Below are positions 51,345-62,181 of a stretch of DNA of 64,000 nucleotides, piece by piece. The translations under genes and the position numbers were made by a program. Within the stretch, counting starts at the first letter, position 1; each line of letters starts with the position of its first letter. The stretch is from Halorutilales archaeon Cl-col2-1 (GTDB taxonomy: Archaea; Halobacteriota; Halobacteria; Halobacteriales; Afararchaeaceae). The stretch covers positions 1,472,001-1,536,000 of the forward strand of contig CP169074.1 in NCBI GenBank assembly GCA_041891055.1, in the 5' to 3' direction. The notes beneath the pieces are model-generated. The model made no database searches and was not told the origin of the DNA. It was given only the letters and a program-made list of their open reading frames with translations.

Positions 51345-52448
51345 CTACTCTATGTTCCAGTCGTCTTCCATCTTGCCGAGTACGTCGTTTCTTCCGCCGT
51401 ACTCAAGCTCCGAAGCCTCGACGGTTCCGAGTCCGAAGCTTCCCTGTTTCTCCCTGAACTTCCTGAAGAGCTCGCTCGTCTCGTCTCTCACCGAGTCCCA
51501 GAACGAGAAGTCGAACGGGTACATCGGCTCCGAGAACTTGCCGTCCTCAACTACCATTCCTGCAGCCTTGACTATCGGAGGCCCGTCGAAGTAAGACGGG
51601 AACTCGGTCTGGTCGCTCTTCGCGGGGTAGAATATCGAGTTGTGTGATCCTCTCATCGAACCCGCGACGAAAGGCGGATTCGCGAACGGCTGGAGAACCT
51701 CACCCGGCGACGGGTAGTCCGACTGGGTTCTCACGAGTGCGACGGGATCATCTTTCCCAACGTACTCTCCTGCGACGTTCCTGAGCTTCTGTGTCGAGAC
51801 CGAAGCCGCGGGCTCTCCTGAGTGGCGCGAGTATATCTTCTTGATGCCGAACCTGTGTGGCTCCATGAAGAGACTGACTATCTTCCAGGTGTCCTCGGGA
51901 GTCCTGAGACGTACTGTCTTCTCGCCGTCTCCCGTGTGTTCGAGATCCATTATCTCGAACTCGAATCCCTCGTGTATAGTGTCCTTGAGGACTAAGCCGG
52001 GTGTCACGCGTGCGTCGGCGAAGACGGTGTACATCGGCTGGTTGAATGCTCCGGGCTCAGTCTTGTCGGCTCCGAAGAAGAGGAAGGGCTCTGCCTCACG
52101 CTCCTCGAACTCCATCTCGGCGACTCCGGGTCCGAGTCCACGTACGTTCCCCGAGAAAGCGTCCTTGAGGAGATCCTGCCCCGCTCCGTAGAGACCCTCT
52201 TCCTTCGCCACGTCGGTACCCTCCTCGAATGCGTCCCACGCGAGTTCGTGAACCTCATCGGAGTCCTCGCCCTCCTCGTGGCTCATGAGTATGTCTATGT
52301 CGTCTCCGACTGTGAAGATCTGGTAGTCATCGAGGAAGTTACCCTCGGATTCGAGAGTCTCCTCGACTGCGTCGACGACGCCCTCGGTCGGCTTCCAGTG
52401 TCCCGCGTTGCTGCCTATGTCCGCCTTTATGACAGATAAGGTTCTCAT
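51345..52448 (-). CDS. fbp: Bifunctional fructose-1,6-bisphosphate aldolase/phosphatase (class V FBPase)
   Basis: SVIKADIGS.AGH, VGDD, GLYGAGQDLLKDAFSGNVRG.GPG.AE, ADKTEPGAFN, YVGKDDP, MRGSH, FDGPP. Confidence 0.93.
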   Translation of the reverse strand: MRTLSVIKADIGSNAGHWKPTEGVVDAVEETLESEGNFLDDYQIFTVGDDIDILMSHEEGEDSDEVHELAWDAFEEGTDVAKEEGLYGAGQDLLKDAFSGNVRGLGPGVAEMEFEEREAEPFLFFGADKTEPGAFNQPMYTVFADARVTPGLVLKDTIHEGFEFEIMDLEHTGDGEKTVRLRTPEDTWKIVSLFMEPHRFGIKKIYSRHSGEPAASVSTQKLRNVAGEYVGKDDPVALVRTQSDYPSPGEVLQPFANPPFVAGSMRGSHNSIFYPAKSDQTEFPSYFDGPPIVKAAGMVVEDGKFSEPMYPFDFSFWDSVRDETSELFRKFREKQGSFGLGTVEASELEYGGRNDVLGKMEDDWNIE

Positions 52449-52540
52449 TGCTATACCATACGGTAGAGAATCCCTTAATTATAGTGTTTGTCAATTCAGT
52501 TCAGATGGGATGGAATTGGGTCGCAAAACCCCATCTCAGA

Positions 52541-53065
52541 TTAGACGAGACGTATACTACCGTCTCTCTGTCTCATCGCCTCGCCCTCGATACACATCGA
52601 GTCTATGATCTCCTCTGTCCTCTCCTCATCGACCCCTCTCTGTCTCGCGTACTCGATTATGTCGTCGTCCGTAGGACTCTCGATATTCTCGACGGCGTCC
52701 ATCACTATTCTCTTCTGTGGCTTCGAGACCCCTGACTTGGATGACTTCCTCTCCCTTGCCTCCTTAATCTCTTCGGTGTCGACACCCTTCTCGTCGAGAA
52801 GCTCGTCCTCTCCGAAATTCTCTTCGACTTTCGTGTTGAAGACATCCTCCTCCATCAAGCCGTTGTAGAGTGTCTCCATGTCATTCCTCTTCGCGAGCAT
52901 CAGCGACCTTGCCTCCTTTGCCTCTTCGAGGTCGTCTGTCTCGTGGAAGACCCTGAGACTGTCGAACTTCAACGTCTTTCCACAGCTGTGACACGTCGTC
53001 GTCTTGGGTCTGCCCTCGACTATCTTGACGCTCTCACAGTTCGAGCACCCGACTACTGAGTACAC
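52541..53065 (-). CDS. Zn-finger + wHTH conserved archaeal protein (DUF5817/DUF1922-like)
   Basis: YSVVGCSNC...TTTCHSCGK; helical C-terminal HTH. Confidence 0.7.
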   Translation of the reverse strand: MYSVVGCSNCESVKIVEGRPKTTTCHSCGKTLKFDSLRVFHETDDLEEAKEARSLMLAKRNDMETLYNGLMEEDVFNTKVEENFGEDELLDEKGVDTEEIKEARERKSSKSGVSKPQKRIVMDAVENIESPTDDDIIEYARQRGVDEERTEEIIDSMCIEGEAMRQRDGSIRLV

Positions 53066-53126
53066 GACTGTCTTCTAAGCCACGCTCGATATAAACTCTT
53101 TCGTACGCCTCATCTATAAACCGAGT

Positions 53127-53918
53127 ATGGATCTCGGAATTCAAGACAGAACCGCCGTAGTCGCGGCGTCGAGCCGTGGCCTCGGAAAAGCGTGTGCCGA
53201 AAACCTCGCGCGTGAGGGCGCGAACGTAGCTATCTGTGCGCGCGACGACGAAGAGATCAGGTCGACAGCAGACGAGATACGCGAGGAGACAGGTGCCGAC
53301 GTACTCGCTGTTCCCGCCGACGTCACCGACCCAGATGACATACAGAAACTCGTCGACGAGACACGCGATACCTTCGGCAAGATAGACATAACTGTCCCGA
53401 ACGCCGGAGGTCCTCCGTCGGGCGAGTTCGAGGAGTTCACCGACGAAGACTGGAAGTCGGCGTTCGAGCTAAACCTCCTGTCGAGTGTCCGTCTCGCGCG
53501 TGAGACACTCCCCAAGATGGCGGAAGACGGCTGGGGACGTGTAATCTTCATAACTAGTCTCTCCGTGAAGGAGCCCCTTCCCGGACTCGTCCTCTCGAAC
53601 TCGATCCGTGCGGGAGTCACGGGACTCTCGAAGACGCTCTCGAACGAGTACGCCGGAGACGGCGTGACGGTCAACTCCGCGATGCCTGGCTACACACTTA
53701 CCGACAGGATGGAAGACCTCTTCGAGGGACAGGCTGACGAACGCGGAATAAGCTTAGAAGAGAGACTCGACGAGGTCGCCGAAGAGATACCCGCGGGACG
53801 TCTCGCCGATCCCGACGAGTTCGCCGACCTCGTCGCCTTCCTAGCGAGCGAGAGGGCGTCGTACATAACAGGGACTTCTATACAGGTCGACGGCGGATTC
53901 GTGGGTTCGCCGTTCTAA
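53127..53918 (+). CDS. Short-chain dehydrogenase/reductase
   Basis: AASSRGLGKA, NAGGPP, SNSIRAG, PGYT.TDR, YITG..IQVDGG. Confidence 0.9.
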   Translation: MDLGIQDRTAVVAASSRGLGKACAENLAREGANVAICARDDEEIRSTADEIREETGADVLAVPADVTDPDDIQKLVDETRDTFGKIDITVPNAGGPPSGEFEEFTDEDWKSAFELNLLSSVRLARETLPKMAEDGWGRVIFITSLSVKEPLPGLVLSNSIRAGVTGLSKTLSNEYAGDGVTVNSAMPGYTLTDRMEDLFEGQADERGISLEERLDEVAEEIPAGRLADPDEFADLVAFLASERASYITGTSIQVDGGFVGSPF

Positions 53919-53920
53919 CC

Positions 53921-54586
53921 TTAACGTATACCGTCTAGAGCTTCTAAGAGACCGTCGGCGTAGCTCTCCTCGGTGACGTGGTCGGCGGCGTCGAGAGCCC
54001 TCTCGTCGGCGTTCGATACCGCGTACGACTCGCCTACGACCTCGAATGTCGAGACGTCGTTCTCCGAGTCTCCGACCGCGACGAACTCCTCTGGGTCTCG
54101 TCCCATTATATCCGAGACGGTTACGAGACCCCTCCCCTTGTCGACGTCGGGCGACTTGACGTGGTAGGCGTACTTCGTGTCGTAGACCTCCAAGCCGTGT
54201 CTCTCGGCTATCTCCTCGACTGCGTCGAGAGACACCTCGCGGCTCACAGCTATCTCGGTCTCTCTCCACCGGTTGACGAGGTCGAAGCTACCCCATCCTA
54301 AGCCGTGCCCTTCCTCAGCGAGGTCTTCTGCGACACGTCGCGCCGCCTCGCCGTCGCCGTTTATCTCGACTCTGTCGTCGCTGTAGACTATTCCGCCGTT
54401 CTCGGCTATGACGTGGTCGTCTATGCCTATGAAACGGCATACTGCGTTCGCGTGTGCGAGGACTTTCCCCGTGGCTATGACTACCGGCTCTTCCCAGTCC
54501 CTCAGAGGATCGAAGATACGTGGGTCGAGCGATGCGTCTGGTCGTGTGAGTGTTCCGTCTACGTCTAAAACCAGAGGACAACTCAT
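53921..54586 (-). CDS. HAD-IIB hydrolase, archaeal phosphoglycolate phosphatase
   Basis: LDVDGTLT, IAENGG, VDKGRG, VGDSEND, AVSNA. Confidence 0.88.
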   Translation of the reverse strand: MSCPLVLDVDGTLTRPDASLDPRIFDPLRDWEEPVVIATGKVLAHANAVCRFIGIDDHVIAENGGIVYSDDRVEINGDGEAARRVAEDLAEEGHGLGWGSFDLVNRWRETEIAVSREVSLDAVEEIAERHGLEVYDTKYAYHVKSPDVDKGRGLVTVSDIMGRDPEEFVAVGDSENDVSTFEVVGESYAVSNADERALDAADHVTEESYADGLLEALDGIR

Positions 54587-54618
54587 CTCTTCTTCTGTGT
54601 GACTCTTATCTTCTATTA

Positions 54619-55656
54619 CTACTCGGGCTTGAGACCTTCTTCCTTTATCCTCAGAACTCCCTCGCCATTGGGTAGATTCGGAGCGTCAACGAGCTTGACT
54701 ATTCTCTTGTTGTCCTTGCTCTTCTTTATGTAGACACGGAAGGTCGAGGTGTGTCCGAGTATGTTTCCTCCGACGGGCTTTGTCGGGTCTCCGAAGTAGG
54801 CGTCAGGGTTTGACTGAACTTGGTTCGTCACGACAGCAGCGGAGTTGTAGAGGTCGGCGAACCTGAGTATGTCGTGCATGTGTTTGTTGAGCTTCTGCTG
54901 TCTGTCGGCGAGGTTGCCTCTGCCGACGTACTCGGCTCTGAAATGTGCCGTCAGTGAGTCGACCGCGAGGAGTCTCACGGGCTTGTCTGTCTCCTTCTTC
55001 TCGTCGCCTATCTCCTGAGCCTTCTCCGCGAGGAGTATCTGGTGGTCGGAGTTGAAAGCCTTAGCGACGTGTATGTTGTCGAGGAATATGTCGACGAGTT
55101 CGTCGAGTGTGTCCTCGTCGTCTACGTCGCCCTCGATACCCTCTCTCTCCAATAGATCTTCGAGGATCTCGTCGTCGAGCCCCTTTACCATCTGTGAGAT
55201 TCTCTCGGGTCTGAATGTATCCTCTGTGTCTATGAAGACGGTACTTCCTTCGAGACCTCCGTGTTCTTTCGGAAGCTGGACGTTGACCGAGAGCTGGTGT
55301 GTGAACTGACTCTTTCCACTACCGAACTCGCCGTAGATCTCTGTGATCGACTGTGTCTCTATTCCGTTTCCGAGGAGGTCGTCTATCTCGGGCACGAGAG
55401 TCCCGAGCTTCGATATCTCTTTCCTCCTCTCGAAGACCTGACTCCCCGTCTCGAAGCCGCCTATCTCCGCCTCCTCCCGAGCGCTGTTTATTATCTTCGA
55501 CGCCGTCGAGTCACCTATGCTCGTCTTCTCCGAGATCTCTCCCGGGTCCGCGACTGCTATCGACTTCACCGTGTTGAACCCTGCGTCGATAAGCTTGTCG
55601 GCGGTCTTGGAGCCGACTCCCGAAAGCTCTTCGAGCTCCTCTCCTGTCGTACTCAT
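54619..55656 (-). CDS. radA: DNA repair and recombination protein RadA
   Basis: N-terminal Hh[47 protein letters not shown]; no intein. Confidence 0.97.
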   Translation of the reverse strand: MSTTGEELEELSGVGSKTADKLIDAGFNTVKSIAVADPGEISEKTSIGDSTASKIINSAREEAEIGGFETGSQVFERRKEISKLGTLVPEIDDLLGNGIETQSITEIYGEFGSGKSQFTHQLSVNVQLPKEHGGLEGSTVFIDTEDTFRPERISQMVKGLDDEILEDLLEREGIEGDVDDEDTLDELVDIFLDNIHVAKAFNSDHQILLAEKAQEIGDEKKETDKPVRLLAVDSLTAHFRAEYVGRGNLADRQQKLNKHMHDILRFADLYNSAAVVTNQVQSNPDAYFGDPTKPVGGNILGHTSTFRVYIKKSKDNKRIVKLVDAPNLPNGEGVLRIKEEGLKPE

Positions 55657-55721
55657 ACTTCTGAGTTGGTCACGAGATCGGTTAAATCTTTGTAGTGTGT
55701 CCTCGGACTTAGATTAGAGTC

Positions 55722-56315
55722 TCAGAACGGCACTCCCCAGACGGGGTACCACTCGGTCTCGTCGTCCTCGATGTCCATCTCGTCTTCGACGACAGTCGTG
55801 ACACTGAACTCGGCGGCACTGTCACGTTCCTTCGATCTCTCGTCCTCGGGAGCGAAGGGATACCAGCTTCCCGTGTTGAAGCTGTATATCCAGTAGATAT
55901 CTTCGCCATCTCTCCCCGTGAAGCCGAAGACTCCACACAGGAGATGTTCCGAGTATCCTCTCTCGACTATAGTGTCGGTCGCCATATGTACCGCAGTCAC
56001 GAGATCCTCGAAGTCGTCGTCCTCGACTGTTATCCATGTGTAGCCGTACGAGTCCTCGACCGTCTCGTGGGTAGTCCCCGTCTCGTCCTCCGAGACTTCG
56101 AGAAGATCCCGGATCTCTTCTACGAGGCTGTCGAACTCCGCCGAGTCCACTGTGTTGAAACACAGCGCAGCCTGCGAGTTCGACCCGTATCCCTCGGCTT
56201 CGAGTGTTAGATGTGCCGTAGATATGTCGAAGAGATCCTCGGGGTCTGCCTCGTTAGAGACGCCCTCGCCGAGTGCTGTGTCGACTACGTTACGGAGTCT
56301 GCTGAACAGAGACAT
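55722..56315 (-). CDS. PspA-associated protein PspAB-like
   Basis: LF..STA..TLE, DSYGYTW, YWIYSF..G.WYPFAP, WYPVWG.P; directly downstream of htpX. Confidence 0.75.
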   Translation of the reverse strand: MSLFSRLRNVVDTALGEGVSNEADPEDLFDISTAHLTLEAEGYGSNSQAALCFNTVDSAEFDSLVEEIRDLLEVSEDETGTTHETVEDSYGYTWITVEDDDFEDLVTAVHMATDTIVERGYSEHLLCGVFGFTGRDGEDIYWIYSFNTGSWYPFAPEDERSKERDSAAEFSVTTVVEDEMDIEDDETEWYPVWGVPF

Positions 56316-56318
56316 TCT

Positions 56319-57191
56319 TTACATCTGAGACTCAAGTTCCCTGAGTCTCTCTATTCTCTTCTCCGTCGGCGGATGTGTGCTGAGGAGACGTGAGATTATT
56401 CCCGTCTTCACCGGTATTATGTAGAAGGCGTTCATCGAACTCTCCTCCTGTCTCAGGTCTCTCTCGGGCACCCTGTCCATGCGCCCGTCTATCTTCATCA
56501 GAGCGCTCGCGAGTGCCGACGGAGACCCCGTGATCCTCGCGGCTCCCCTGTCGGCGGCGAACTCACGGTAACGCGAGAGAGCCCTCAGGAGAAGCGTGCT
56601 GACGATCCAGACGACGACCGACGCCGCGAGTGCGACCATCACACCGCCTCCGCCCTGCCTGTTGTCACGTCCCATCGCCATAAACGGCGACCATCTCACG
56701 ACCATGAACGCGAGTGTGGATATGAATGAGGCTATCGTCATCACTGCGACGTCCCTGTTCTTGACGTGTGAGAGTTCGTGTGCGAGGACTCCCGTAATCT
56801 CGTCGGAGTCGAGCGTGTTCATCAGACCCGTGGTGACGGCTACAGTCGAGTGTTTGGGCGACCTTCCCGTCGCGAAGGCGTTCGGAACCTTCGAGTCGAT
56901 AAGAGCGACATCGGGCTTAGGAACGTCCGCCTGCTGCGACAGACGGTCTACCATCTCGTGAAGCTCGGGTGCTTCTTCCCTGTCGACCTTCGTAGCACCC
57001 GCGCCGTAGAGGGCGATCTTGTCGCTGTAGAAGTACTGCCCGAGCATGAAGAGACCCATCACGAGGATGATACCCACAAATCCCACGCCGTAGGTAGCCA
57101 ACACGGCTATGAAGACGAGGTAGACCACCCCGAGGAGACCCATCGTAAAGAGCATCCTCAGTCTCAGGCTCCAGTCTGTTTTCCAGTCCAT
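56319..57191 (-). CDS. htpX: Zinc metalloprotease HtpX
   Basis: PNAFATGR, VLAHELSH, SRYREFAAD, STHPP. Confidence 0.95.
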   Translation of the reverse strand: MDWKTDWSLRLRMLFTMGLLGVVYLVFIAVLATYGVGFVGIILVMGLFMLGQYFYSDKIALYGAGATKVDREEAPELHEMVDRLSQQADVPKPDVALIDSKVPNAFATGRSPKHSTVAVTTGLMNTLDSDEITGVLAHELSHVKNRDVAVMTIASFISTLAFMVVRWSPFMAMGRDNRQGGGGVMVALAASVVVWIVSTLLLRALSRYREFAADRGAARITGSPSALASALMKIDGRMDRVPERDLRQEESSMNAFYIIPVKTGIISRLLSTHPPTEKRIERLRELESQM

Positions 57192-57319
57192 CTTTATCCG
57201 AGATATGTCGTCTACAGGGATAAATCTAACCGGAACCGACCGTGGGACTCGGCGCCGTATGAGAGTCGTCTCCGCGAAACGTCGCCACGCTTAAATCCGA
57301 ACGCGGCTTACTCTGGAGT

Positions 57320-58384
57320 ATGTCTTCGGCTTTCTGTCCCGAGTGCGGGGAAGAGACAGACCCCGATGAACTTCTGTGTGACGCGTGCTATGCCGACTCG
57401 GTAGACCCCGTCGAGGCTCCCGAGAACCTCGAACTTCGGGTCTGTTCGGTCTGTGGGTCGTACGTCGACGACGGCGACTGGACATCCGAGGAGGACGACG
57501 TTTCCGAGGAGCACGAACTCGCCGTCGAGAGGCTCCAGGACTCTCTCAGGGCACACGTCGAGGCGGAGAGTCCGCGCGTCGACCTACGTGCCGAGAGGGT
57601 CGACCCCGACGTCTACCATATCTACGTCTCTTTCACCGCAGACGTCCGAGGCTACCCCGTCCACGACGACTTCAAGACTACCGTCAACGTCTCACGCGAG
57701 ACGTGTCCGACGTGTGCGCGTATCTCAGGAGGCTACTACGAGAGCATCGTTCAGATACGTGGCGAGAACCGTCTCCCGACAGACGACGAGTTACACACGG
57801 CTAAGGAGATAGCTTACGGGATCGCGGGAGACGACTTAGACGATCGTGACACATTCGTGACCGATGTTAAGGACGTAGACGACGGGATCGACATCTATCT
57901 GAGTACCAACAAGGCGGGTCTCCAGACTGCACGTAGAGTGATCGAGGAGTTCGGTGGTACCTACTCCGACTCAGCCACACTCGTAGGAGAGAAGGACGGC
58001 GACGAGCTATACCGCGTTACCTACTCGGTACGTCTCCCCGAGTTCAGAGAGGGTGATCTCCTTCTCTTCTCCGAGTCCGGTGAAGACCGCGACCGTCCCG
58101 TTTTAGTGACCCACAACTCGACCGGGAAGGGCGACGTCGAGAAGGCGGTTGACCTCGTGACGGGCGACGAGATAAGAACGTCTTCTTTCGGAGACGCTGA
58201 GAAGATAGGGGACACCGACGACTCTTCCGAGACAGTCGTAGTCGACGACTCCGACGACGAGATACAGATACTCGACCCCGAGACCTACGAGACTGTCACA
58301 CTCCGCAAGCCCGACTTCATGCGTGATCCTGGAGACGAAGTCGAAGCTGTTACGACCGAAGAGGGAGTATTCCTGTTACCTTAG
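57320..58384 (+). CDS. nmd3: NMD3-related ribosome biogenesis protein
   Basis: Four CxxC pairs, GYYESIVQIR, YRVTYSVRLP. Confidence 0.9.
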   Translation: MSSAFCPECGEETDPDELLCDACYADSVDPVEAPENLELRVCSVCGSYVDDGDWTSEEDDVSEEHELAVERLQDSLRAHVEAESPRVDLRAERVDPDVYHIYVSFTADVRGYPVHDDFKTTVNVSRETCPTCARISGGYYESIVQIRGENRLPTDDELHTAKEIAYGIAGDDLDDRDTFVTDVKDVDDGIDIYLSTNKAGLQTARRVIEEFGGTYSDSATLVGEKDGDELYRVTYSVRLPEFREGDLLLFSESGEDRDRPVLVTHNSTGKGDVEKAVDLVTGDEIRTSSFGDAEKIGDTDDSSETVVVDDSDDEIQILDPETYETVTLRKPDFMRDPGDEVEAVTTEEGVFLLP

Positions 58385-58388
58385 TATA

Positions 58389-59180
58389 ATGCTCCCTCAC
58401 GGATTCCGTCTCCCGTCAGTCGAGTACCTGATACCTCTCGTCTTAGGAGTAGCCCTCGCGGTCTACTTCCTCTTACGCACGAAGCCAACTGTCGAGACGT
58501 CGACAGTCGTCGGACTCCTGCCTTGGGTGGGACTCGGCGGCGTACTCCGTGTCGCTCACAGGATCGAGATACTCCCCGCGTCGGTCGAGCCCCTCTTCGG
58601 CACACCTTCCGTCTACCTCACGACCTTCGTCGCCGCGGTGACTGTCTGGCTTTTCGCCCTCCGGCAGCCGAGATCGGACACAATCCTCGGAGCCGTGGGT
58701 CTCTCAGTCGCTGTCCCTCTCTTAGTCTCGATCTACGTCTACCACGGCACGACGCATCTCGTCGCGCCGCTCGCAGGTCTCGTCGTCACAGCCCTTCTCA
58801 CAGCGGCTGTCTGGCTCGGCGTTGCGCGTCTCCAGCCCGACGCAGCCGAGACGACGGGATACGTGGGTCTCGCCGTCGTCCTCGGTCACGTCTTAGACGG
58901 TGTCTCGACGGCTGTCGGAATCGACCTCCTCGGATTCAACGAGGAGACTCCCCTCTCACGTGTAGTAATAGGGATCGGCTACCATCTCACACCCTCGTTC
59001 GGAGGGACGTGGCTCTTCGTCCTACTCAAGATAGCCGTCGCTGTGGGTGTCGTAGTCGGCTTTACCGAGTACGTCGACGAGAGACCTTCTGAGGGAAGAC
59101 TAATACTCGCTGTCGCTGCCGCGCTCGGTCTTGGACCCGGCGTACACAACATAGTCTTTTTCACCCTCTCGGCGGCTTAA
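58389..59180 (+). CDS. DUF63 family membrane protein
   Basis: PWVGLGG.LRV, TPSVY, HVLDGVST..G, LGLGPG. Confidence 0.8.
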   Translation: MLPHGFRLPSVEYLIPLVLGVALAVYFLLRTKPTVETSTVVGLLPWVGLGGVLRVAHRIEILPASVEPLFGTPSVYLTTFVAAVTVWLFALRQPRSDTILGAVGLSVAVPLLVSIYVYHGTTHLVAPLAGLVVTALLTAAVWLGVARLQPDAAETTGYVGLAVVLGHVLDGVSTAVGIDLLGFNEETPLSRVVIGIGYHLTPSFGGTWLFVLLKIAVAVGVVVGFTEYVDERPSEGRLILAVAAALGLGPGVHNIVFFTLSAA

Positions 59181-59258
59181 GCCTGTCATCTGTGTGGTAT
59201 GTGTGTGTTTACCATCCGAGACCGAAATACCGAAGGACTCGAAATACGAAGTTACTCT

Positions 59259-59786
59259 ATGCGCATCGATCTTCAGGTCTGTGAGGGGTGTTACACGGGG
59301 GAGCACGACGACGAGACCAAGAACGCCGTTACTTACGACATGGTCGAACTCGCGGATGTCCTCGAAAGACACGGTGATGTTATAGGTATAGACGAGGTGA
59401 CTGTGACAATGCTCGGCGAAGAAGATGAAGGGGGCGACCTCCCCGTAAACGTCGCATTCATGGAGAACGGTCAGCCCGTCGTGACAGACACACAGCTTAC
59501 CATGGAGAACGACGATGGGCAGTACTACGCCTACGTCAACCTCGACGACATACTCGAGGTACTCGCTCAGAACGTACAGGTCGTCTCCGACAGTGTCGAC
59601 GAGGAGGTAAACGTCGGTATCAGCCCCGATGCGGGTGAGATGCTCGGGATGGAGAACACTGGAGGAGGAAGTGGAACCGAGTCACAGCCCGAGACACAGC
59701 CCTTCGAGACGGCGTCTCCGTCGCCGACTCCGCCGGACGACGACTCCGAAGACGACTCCGACGATGTCGATCACATCTCTCTCTGA
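59259..59786 (+). CDS. Acidic hypothetical protein with N-terminal CxxC..H
   Basis: MRIDLQVCEGCYTGEH; host-like codon usage. Confidence 0.65.
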   Translation: MRIDLQVCEGCYTGEHDDETKNAVTYDMVELADVLERHGDVIGIDEVTVTMLGEEDEGGDLPVNVAFMENGQPVVTDTQLTMENDDGQYYAYVNLDDILEVLAQNVQVVSDSVDEEVNVGISPDAGEMLGMENTGGGSGTESQPETQPFETASPSPTPPDDDSEDDSDDVDHISL

Positions 59787-59830
59787 CAAATAAGAAGCCT
59801 TAACTTAATTCTCGCCACTTCTTGTATCCG

Positions 59831-60712
59831 ATGTTTAGTGTCGAGAACGTCGACTACACCGACTACACAAACCGCCAACTCCTTGCGGTTCCCGCGGGGA
59901 TACTCCTCGCCACCTTCGTAATCATAGGTGCGACTATGGCTCTCACGGGAACCCCAGCACATCTCGGACAGGAGTTCACCGGAGGCGTGACGGTACAGGT
60001 CACGACAGACGCTTCGATGGATCAGGTTCGATCCGACTTCACGTCGGTGACTACACCCGAGTCGGTTCAGTCGACACGTACGGGATACATACTGTCTTAC
60101 CAGCCGTTGTCTGAGAACGAGATGGATCAGCTCAGGAGCGTAGCATCGGGCTACTCCGAGAACTCGGTCGACCAGATTAGTCCGACGTACGGCGCTTCGT
60201 TACAGACACAGGGAATCAGCGCTGTTGTCTTTGCGTTCGCCGTGATGAGTATCATAATATTCGCCTTCTTCAGGACTGTGGTGCCGTCTTTCGCTGTAGT
60301 CCTGAGTGCTTTCAGCGACATGATGGTTCCGATAGGCGTGATGAATCTCCTCGGAATCGACCTGTCTCTCGCGACGATACCCGCTCTCCTCCTCCTCATC
60401 GGATACAGTATAGACTCCGACATACTTCTCACTCGGAGCGTCCTCAAGGGACGGAGAAGCGAGTTCCACGAAAACGTCGAGAAGGCTATGGAGACGGGTA
60501 TAACTATGACGACGACGTCGATGGCGGCGATGTTCGCTATGGCTGTCGTCTCACATCTCGCGTCGATATTCGTCCTACGTGACATAGGAGTGATACTCTT
60601 CGTCGGACTCGGAGTCGACATAATCAATACTTACATGATGAACGTGAGTCTACTCAGGTGGGACATAGTCGACAGGAGAGGTAAGGCGTCGAATTCAAGA
60701 GGTGGTGCGTGA
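59831..60712 (+). CDS. secF: Protein translocase subunit SecF
   Basis: LGQEFTGG, FRTVVPS, IGYSIDSDILL. Confidence 0.92.
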   Translation: MFSVENVDYTDYTNRQLLAVPAGILLATFVIIGATMALTGTPAHLGQEFTGGVTVQVTTDASMDQVRSDFTSVTTPESVQSTRTGYILSYQPLSENEMDQLRSVASGYSENSVDQISPTYGASLQTQGISAVVFAFAVMSIIIFAFFRTVVPSFAVVLSAFSDMMVPIGVMNLLGIDLSLATIPALLLLIGYSIDSDILLTRSVLKGRRSEFHENVEKAMETGITMTTTSMAAMFAMAVVSHLASIFVLRDIGVILFVGLGVDIINTYMMNVSLLRWDIVDRRGKASNSRGGA

Positions 60713-62181
60713 TGTCGGATCTAAAGGGACTTCTGAAGGACTGGAGGGTCATCCTCCTCATAGTCGTGATGGTTCTATCGGTCGTTGCGATAGCTCCCAC
60801 GGGTGATACTGAGGGCACGACCTCACTCAAGTTTGGACTCCAGCTCGACGGAGGAACACGTATGCAGCTTGAGCCCGTCGGAAGCACGGCTCAGGTCTCG
60901 GGACTCGGGGACACGAACCCCGCGGATCTACAGTCCGAACTCACACAGAGCCTCGGTGTACGTACGAAGGTCTACTCGAACGACGGAATAGTCGAGATAA
61001 GAGGAAACGCGACCGACGCCGAGGTACGTGAAGCTCTCGAATCACGTGGACTCACAGTCGAGTCGATCGACGACGGTCTGACACCCGCGACTCTAGAGGA
61101 GCTACGTAACTCGTTACAGACACGTATAGAGAACACCCCCCAGATAGGACAGCTCTCGGGTGTGCGTGTCTTCCAGCAGTCGAACCCCATAACCAACCAG
61201 AACTTCATAGTCGTCGAGCTTCCCGGAATACAGGAGAACGCCTCGTCTATAATAGCCCAGCAAGGACGGTTCGAGATAAGGGTCGTCGAGTCGGGTAATC
61301 AGACGAGACATGTCCTCTTCGGCGACGCAGTCGAGAGGGGAAGTGTTTCGAGACCCCGTCCGTCACAGCAGGGAGGCGACACCTACAATGTTGGCTTCAG
61401 TCTCACCGACTCGGGCGTTGAACAGCTCAGAAGTACTGTAATGGACGTCAACGCCACGACGACACCCAGCGCGCATCCACTCGTGATGTACTTCAACGAA
61501 GACGAGGTCTTCAGAGGGCCTCTCAACCCGACGCTCGCGTCTGACATAGAGTCGGGGAGATGGCAGGGAGGCGGTCTCCAGGTTACCGGAATGACTGAAC
61601 AGCAGTCTCAGCGGGTGAGCGTCTCGCTCAGGTCGGGTGCTCTTCCGACACAGGTCGAGATAGCCTCGTCGACGTCCATAAGCGCCTCCGAGGGATCGAG
61701 GTTCAAGACTAACTCGCTCCTCATAGGTATCTTCGCCGTGATAGTCGTCGGAGCCACTATCTACTGGAGATACCGTGACCTACGTGTAGCAGTTCCAATG
61801 GCTCTCACGGGACTTGCCGAGGTCGTTGCTCTCCTCGGATTTGCCGCGGGATTCGGTCTCAGCCTCGACCTCTCACACATAGCCGGGCTCATAGCCGTCA
61901 TAGGTACGGGAGTTGACGACCTCGTCATAATCACCGACGAGGTTCTCCACGAGGGCGGAGTGAGTAGCTCGAACCTCTACAAGAAACGTATAAAGAAAGC
62001 CTTCATAATAATCGGAATGGCAGCGGCGACGACTATCGGAGCGATGCTACCGCTCGCATTCCTCGGTCTCGGACGTCTCACGGGATTCGCCATAGTCACG
62101 ATAGTCGGGGTCCTCATAGGGGTTCTCATAACCCGACCCGCGTACGGATCTATACTCCGAGTTCTCGTGACGGAGAACTAA
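60709..62181 (+). CDS. secD: Protein translocase subunit SecD
   Basis: LKFGLQLDGG, VELPG, LRSGALP, IGTGVDD, TRPAY. Confidence 0.92.
   Translation: MMSDLKGLLKDWRVILLIVVMVLSVVAIAPTGDTEGTTSLKFGLQLDGGTRMQLEPVGSTAQVSGLGDTNPADLQSELTQSLGVRTKVYSNDGIVEIRGNATDAEVREALESRGLTVESIDDGLTPATLEELRNSLQTRIENTPQIGQLSGVRVFQQSNPITNQNFIVVELPGIQENASSIIAQQGRFEIRVVESGNQTRHVLFGDAVERGSVSRPRPSQQGGDTYNVGFSLTDSGVEQLRSTVMDVNATTTPSAHPLVMYFNEDEVFRGPLNPTLASDIESGRWQGGGLQVTGMTEQQSQRVSVSLRSGALPTQVEIASSTSISASEGSRFKTNSLLIGIFAVIVVGATIYWRYRDLRVAVPMALTGLAEVVALLGFAAGFGLSLDLSHIAGLIAVIGTGVDDLVIITDEVLHEGGVSSSNLYKKRIKKAFIIIGMAAATTIGAMLPLAFLGLGRLTGFAIVTIVGVLIGVLITRPAYGSILRVLVTEN

Noticed and set aside
46474-55656. Inteins in Cdc6, DP1 or RadA
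   Set aside because: Protein lengths are normal and no intein splice or LAGLIDADG motifs are visible
54619-58384. radA-pspAB-htpX / nmd3 cluster as a novel system
   Set aside because: Appears to be ordinary conserved haloarchaeal housekeeping synteny
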